From an uncultured Methanoregulaceae archaeon (GTDB lineage: Archaea; Halobacteriota; Methanomicrobia; Methanomicrobiales; Methanospirillaceae): a stretch of DNA of 64,000 nucleotides. The notes under the pieces are model-generated. The model saw nothing but the letters and a program-made list of their open reading frames with translations, had not been told where the DNA came from and ran no database searches. Shown piece after piece: positions 61,827 to 64,000 of this stretch; the first letter of the stretch is position 1; each line of letters begins with the position of its first letter. Location: assembly GCA_963718555.1 (NCBI GenBank), contig OY970361.1:212059-276058 (forward strand), given 5' to 3'. The position numbers were made by a program, and so were the translations under genes.

Positions 61827-63297
61827 GGGTTCGTCCTCCCGACCAGCACGCTGATTGCATCCACGGTAATGAGCCCGATCACGTGCTGGTCCTCGTCGAC
61901 CACCGGGAGTGCCGAGATCGCGTGCTCCTCCATCTTCCTGGCCGCTTCCTCGATCGGCTCACCGGGCGTCGCGGTCACCACATCGCGGGACATGATCTCG
62001 TCCAGCCAGAGGAAGTTGGAGGCCACCGCTTTTGCGATATCCCACGACGTGACGATCCCCACGAGCTGCCCCCGCCGGAGAGTACCGGCAGGTGGTTGAC
62101 GCCGGTGTTGATCATCCGCCGGGCAGTCACGGCGATGGTCGTTCCCTCCTCGATCGTCTGCACGTCCCGGACCATGACATCGCCGACTACCGTGTGGGAG
62201 AGGAACTTTCCCACGAGGTAGTTGATCTGGCCGGACTCCAGCAGGAACGCGTCGTGGCCGTAGTTGGATCGGATCTCGCAATAGTGTACCTCTATCTCGT
62301 TCGCTGTCAGGGCCGAGACGATCTCCTGCGACTGGTAGGGAGGGTAGAGCCAGTCGGATGAGACCGAGATGACAAGGAATGCCGCTTTTACCCCGGCAAG
62401 GCCGGTGCTCAGCGAACCGTCCTTTGTCAGGTCGAAGTAGTCGATCGCCTTGGTGATATACAGGTATGAGTTTGCATCGAACCGCTTCGTGAACATATCG
62501 CCCTGGTGATGGAGGTAGCTCTCGATCCTGAAGTCCGTTGAGAAGTCAAAACCTATCCGGTCCTTGCCCTGCAGGGCCCGTCCGAACTTCTCGTGCATCG
62601 ACTCGTTCGAGAGGTAGGTGATATGGCCCACCATCCGTGCAAGTGCCAGCCCGTGGGTGGGGAGCGCCTTCCCGTAGTAGTCACCGTTGTTCCAGTGCGG
62701 ATCGGAGAGGATCGCCTTCCTGCCTACCTCGTTGAACGCGATCTGCTGGGGGGTCGAGTAGCCGGTTGACGCAATTACGACCGCCTTCCTCATCAGGTCG
62801 GGGTAAGTGACCGCCCACTGCAGCACCTGCATCCCCCCCATGGAGCCTCCCGCCACTGTATACAGCTGGCCGATGCCAAGGTGATCGATGAGGAGTTTCT
62901 GGGCGTTCACCATATCCCGGATCGTGATGACCGGGAACTTTGCTCCATAGGGTTTTCCCGTATCCGGGTTTACCGAGGACGGGCCGGTCGAGCCCTTGCA
63001 CCCACCGGGGATGTTTGCGCAGATCACAAAATAGCGATCGGTGTCGAACGCCTTGCCGGGGCCGATAACCGCATCCCACCAGCCGGGTTTCGTGTCGCCT
63101 TCGTGGAATCCCGCAACGTGGGCATCGCCCGAAAGAGCGTGGCAGACAAGGATGGCGTTGCTCTTATCCTTATTCAGCCTGCCGTACGTCTCGTAGGCAA
63201 GGGTAAGGGAAGGAAGAGTTTCCCCGCTTTCCAGTACGAGCGGGGATGGATGGCGATAGTATTGTGTTGTCACAAGTCCTGCAGATCCCTTGATCAT
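61823..63297 (-). CDS. metX: Homoserine O-acetyltransferase with C-terminal CBS pair; frameshift near 62072
   Basis: [27 protein letters not shown]; CBS domains split across two frames. Confidence 0.92.
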
Positions 63298-63381
63298 TTA
63301 CACACCCCGTGCCGGACCGGGTAAGTTCTGCAACGCTATCCCGGATGTCCTCAGACAAGAGGGCCCGGAAAGGAGTGCGCT

Positions 63382-64000
63382 TCACGGTGCCGCTTCCAGG
63401 GCCTGCCTGAGATCGGCGATGATGTCCTCGATGTCTTCAGTCCCTACCGAGAGCCGGACTGCATCCGGGGTGACACCGGTCTTCTTCTGCTCCTCCGGGG
63501 TGAGCTGCTGGTGGGTGGTGGATGCCGGGTGGATGACGAGGCTCTTTGAGTCCCCGATATTGGCGAGGTTGCTGAAGAGTTTGAGGTGGTCGATGAACTT
63601 TCTCGATGCCACTTCCCCGCCTTTGATCCCGACCCCTACCAAAGGTCCGTATCCACCGGTGAGGTACTTTTTCGTGAGCTCGTGGTTCGGGTTATCGGGG
63701 AGCCCCGGGTAGTTCACCCAGGCAACCTTCGGGTGCGACTTGAGGAACTCAGCGACAGCCAGGGCATTCTCCGAGTGGCGGGGGACCCGAAGGTGGAGCG
63801 TTTCAAGGCCGATGAGGAAGAGCCAGGCATTGAACGGGCTGAGCACTGCCCCGGTATCCCTCATGAGGGAGACACGGATCTTAAAGACAAAAGCAACGTT
63901 CCCATGGCCCGGGAAGTTCTTGAACGTGTCCCAGTACTTCAGGCCGTGGTAGCTCGGGTCCGGCTCGGTGAACTCGGGGAACTTGCCGTTGTCCCAGGCA
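63382..64000 (-). CDS. metY: O-acetylhomoserine sulfhydrylase (5' part outside window)
   Basis: [47 protein letters not shown]. Confidence 0.93.
   Translation of the reverse strand, partial: AWDNGKFPEFTEPDPSYHGLKYWDTFKNFPGHGNVAFVFKIRVSLMRDTGAVLSPFNAWLFLIGLETLHLRVPRHSENALAVAEFLKSHPKVAWVNYPGLPDNPNHELTKKYLTGGYGPLVGVGIKGGEVASRKFIDHLKLFSNLANIGDSKSLVIHPASTTHQQLTPEEQKKTGVTPDAVRLSVGTEDIEDIIADLRQALEAAP

Noticed and set aside
6074-63297. Mass pseudogenisation or programmed frameshifting in pfkA, glnA, priS, egsA, aglB, thiE, thiM, metX and others
   Set aside because: All are single-base indels in otherwise undegraded genes, including essential ones, mostly in homopolymers or next to GTAC/AGCT; sequencing error is far more parsimonious

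Overview
Archaeal chromosomal DNA from a GC-rich methanogen. Gene content and protein style suggest Methanomicrobiales, Methanoregula-like (inference). Most of the window is housekeeping: the elp3-priS-GINS-rpl44e-rps27e-eIF2a-nop10-PAC2 operon, glnA, egsA, geranylgeranyl reductase, rnhB, proS, aglB, thiME, thiI, metX/metY and three tRNAs (Pro-GGG, Gly-CCC, Thr-CGU). No transposase, integrase or CRISPR array is visible. About 17 single-base frameshifts in 15 genes, including essential ones, indicate an uncorrected long-read consensus; about half sit next to GTAC/AGCT. The most notable observations are: (1) a family of hairpin modules with tandem GA/GA mismatches and ATCA/GAA loops, arranged REP/BIME-like at 8.5-8.75 kb and 43.2-43.4 kb; (2) a ~880-aa Zn-ribbon/PUA-like + PAPS-reductase-family + cysteine desulfurase fusion within a sulfur-trafficking neighbourhood; (3) a receptor-like Ser/Thr kinase with an HTH-FHA regulator, a small secreted Cys peptide and three tandem PEBP/RKIP-like paralogs nearby; (4) a ~920-bp non-coding region with phased CCGG/A-tract inverted arms; (5) a possibly bistable G-rich inverted repeat beside a catalytically eroded solo Cas4-like gene.
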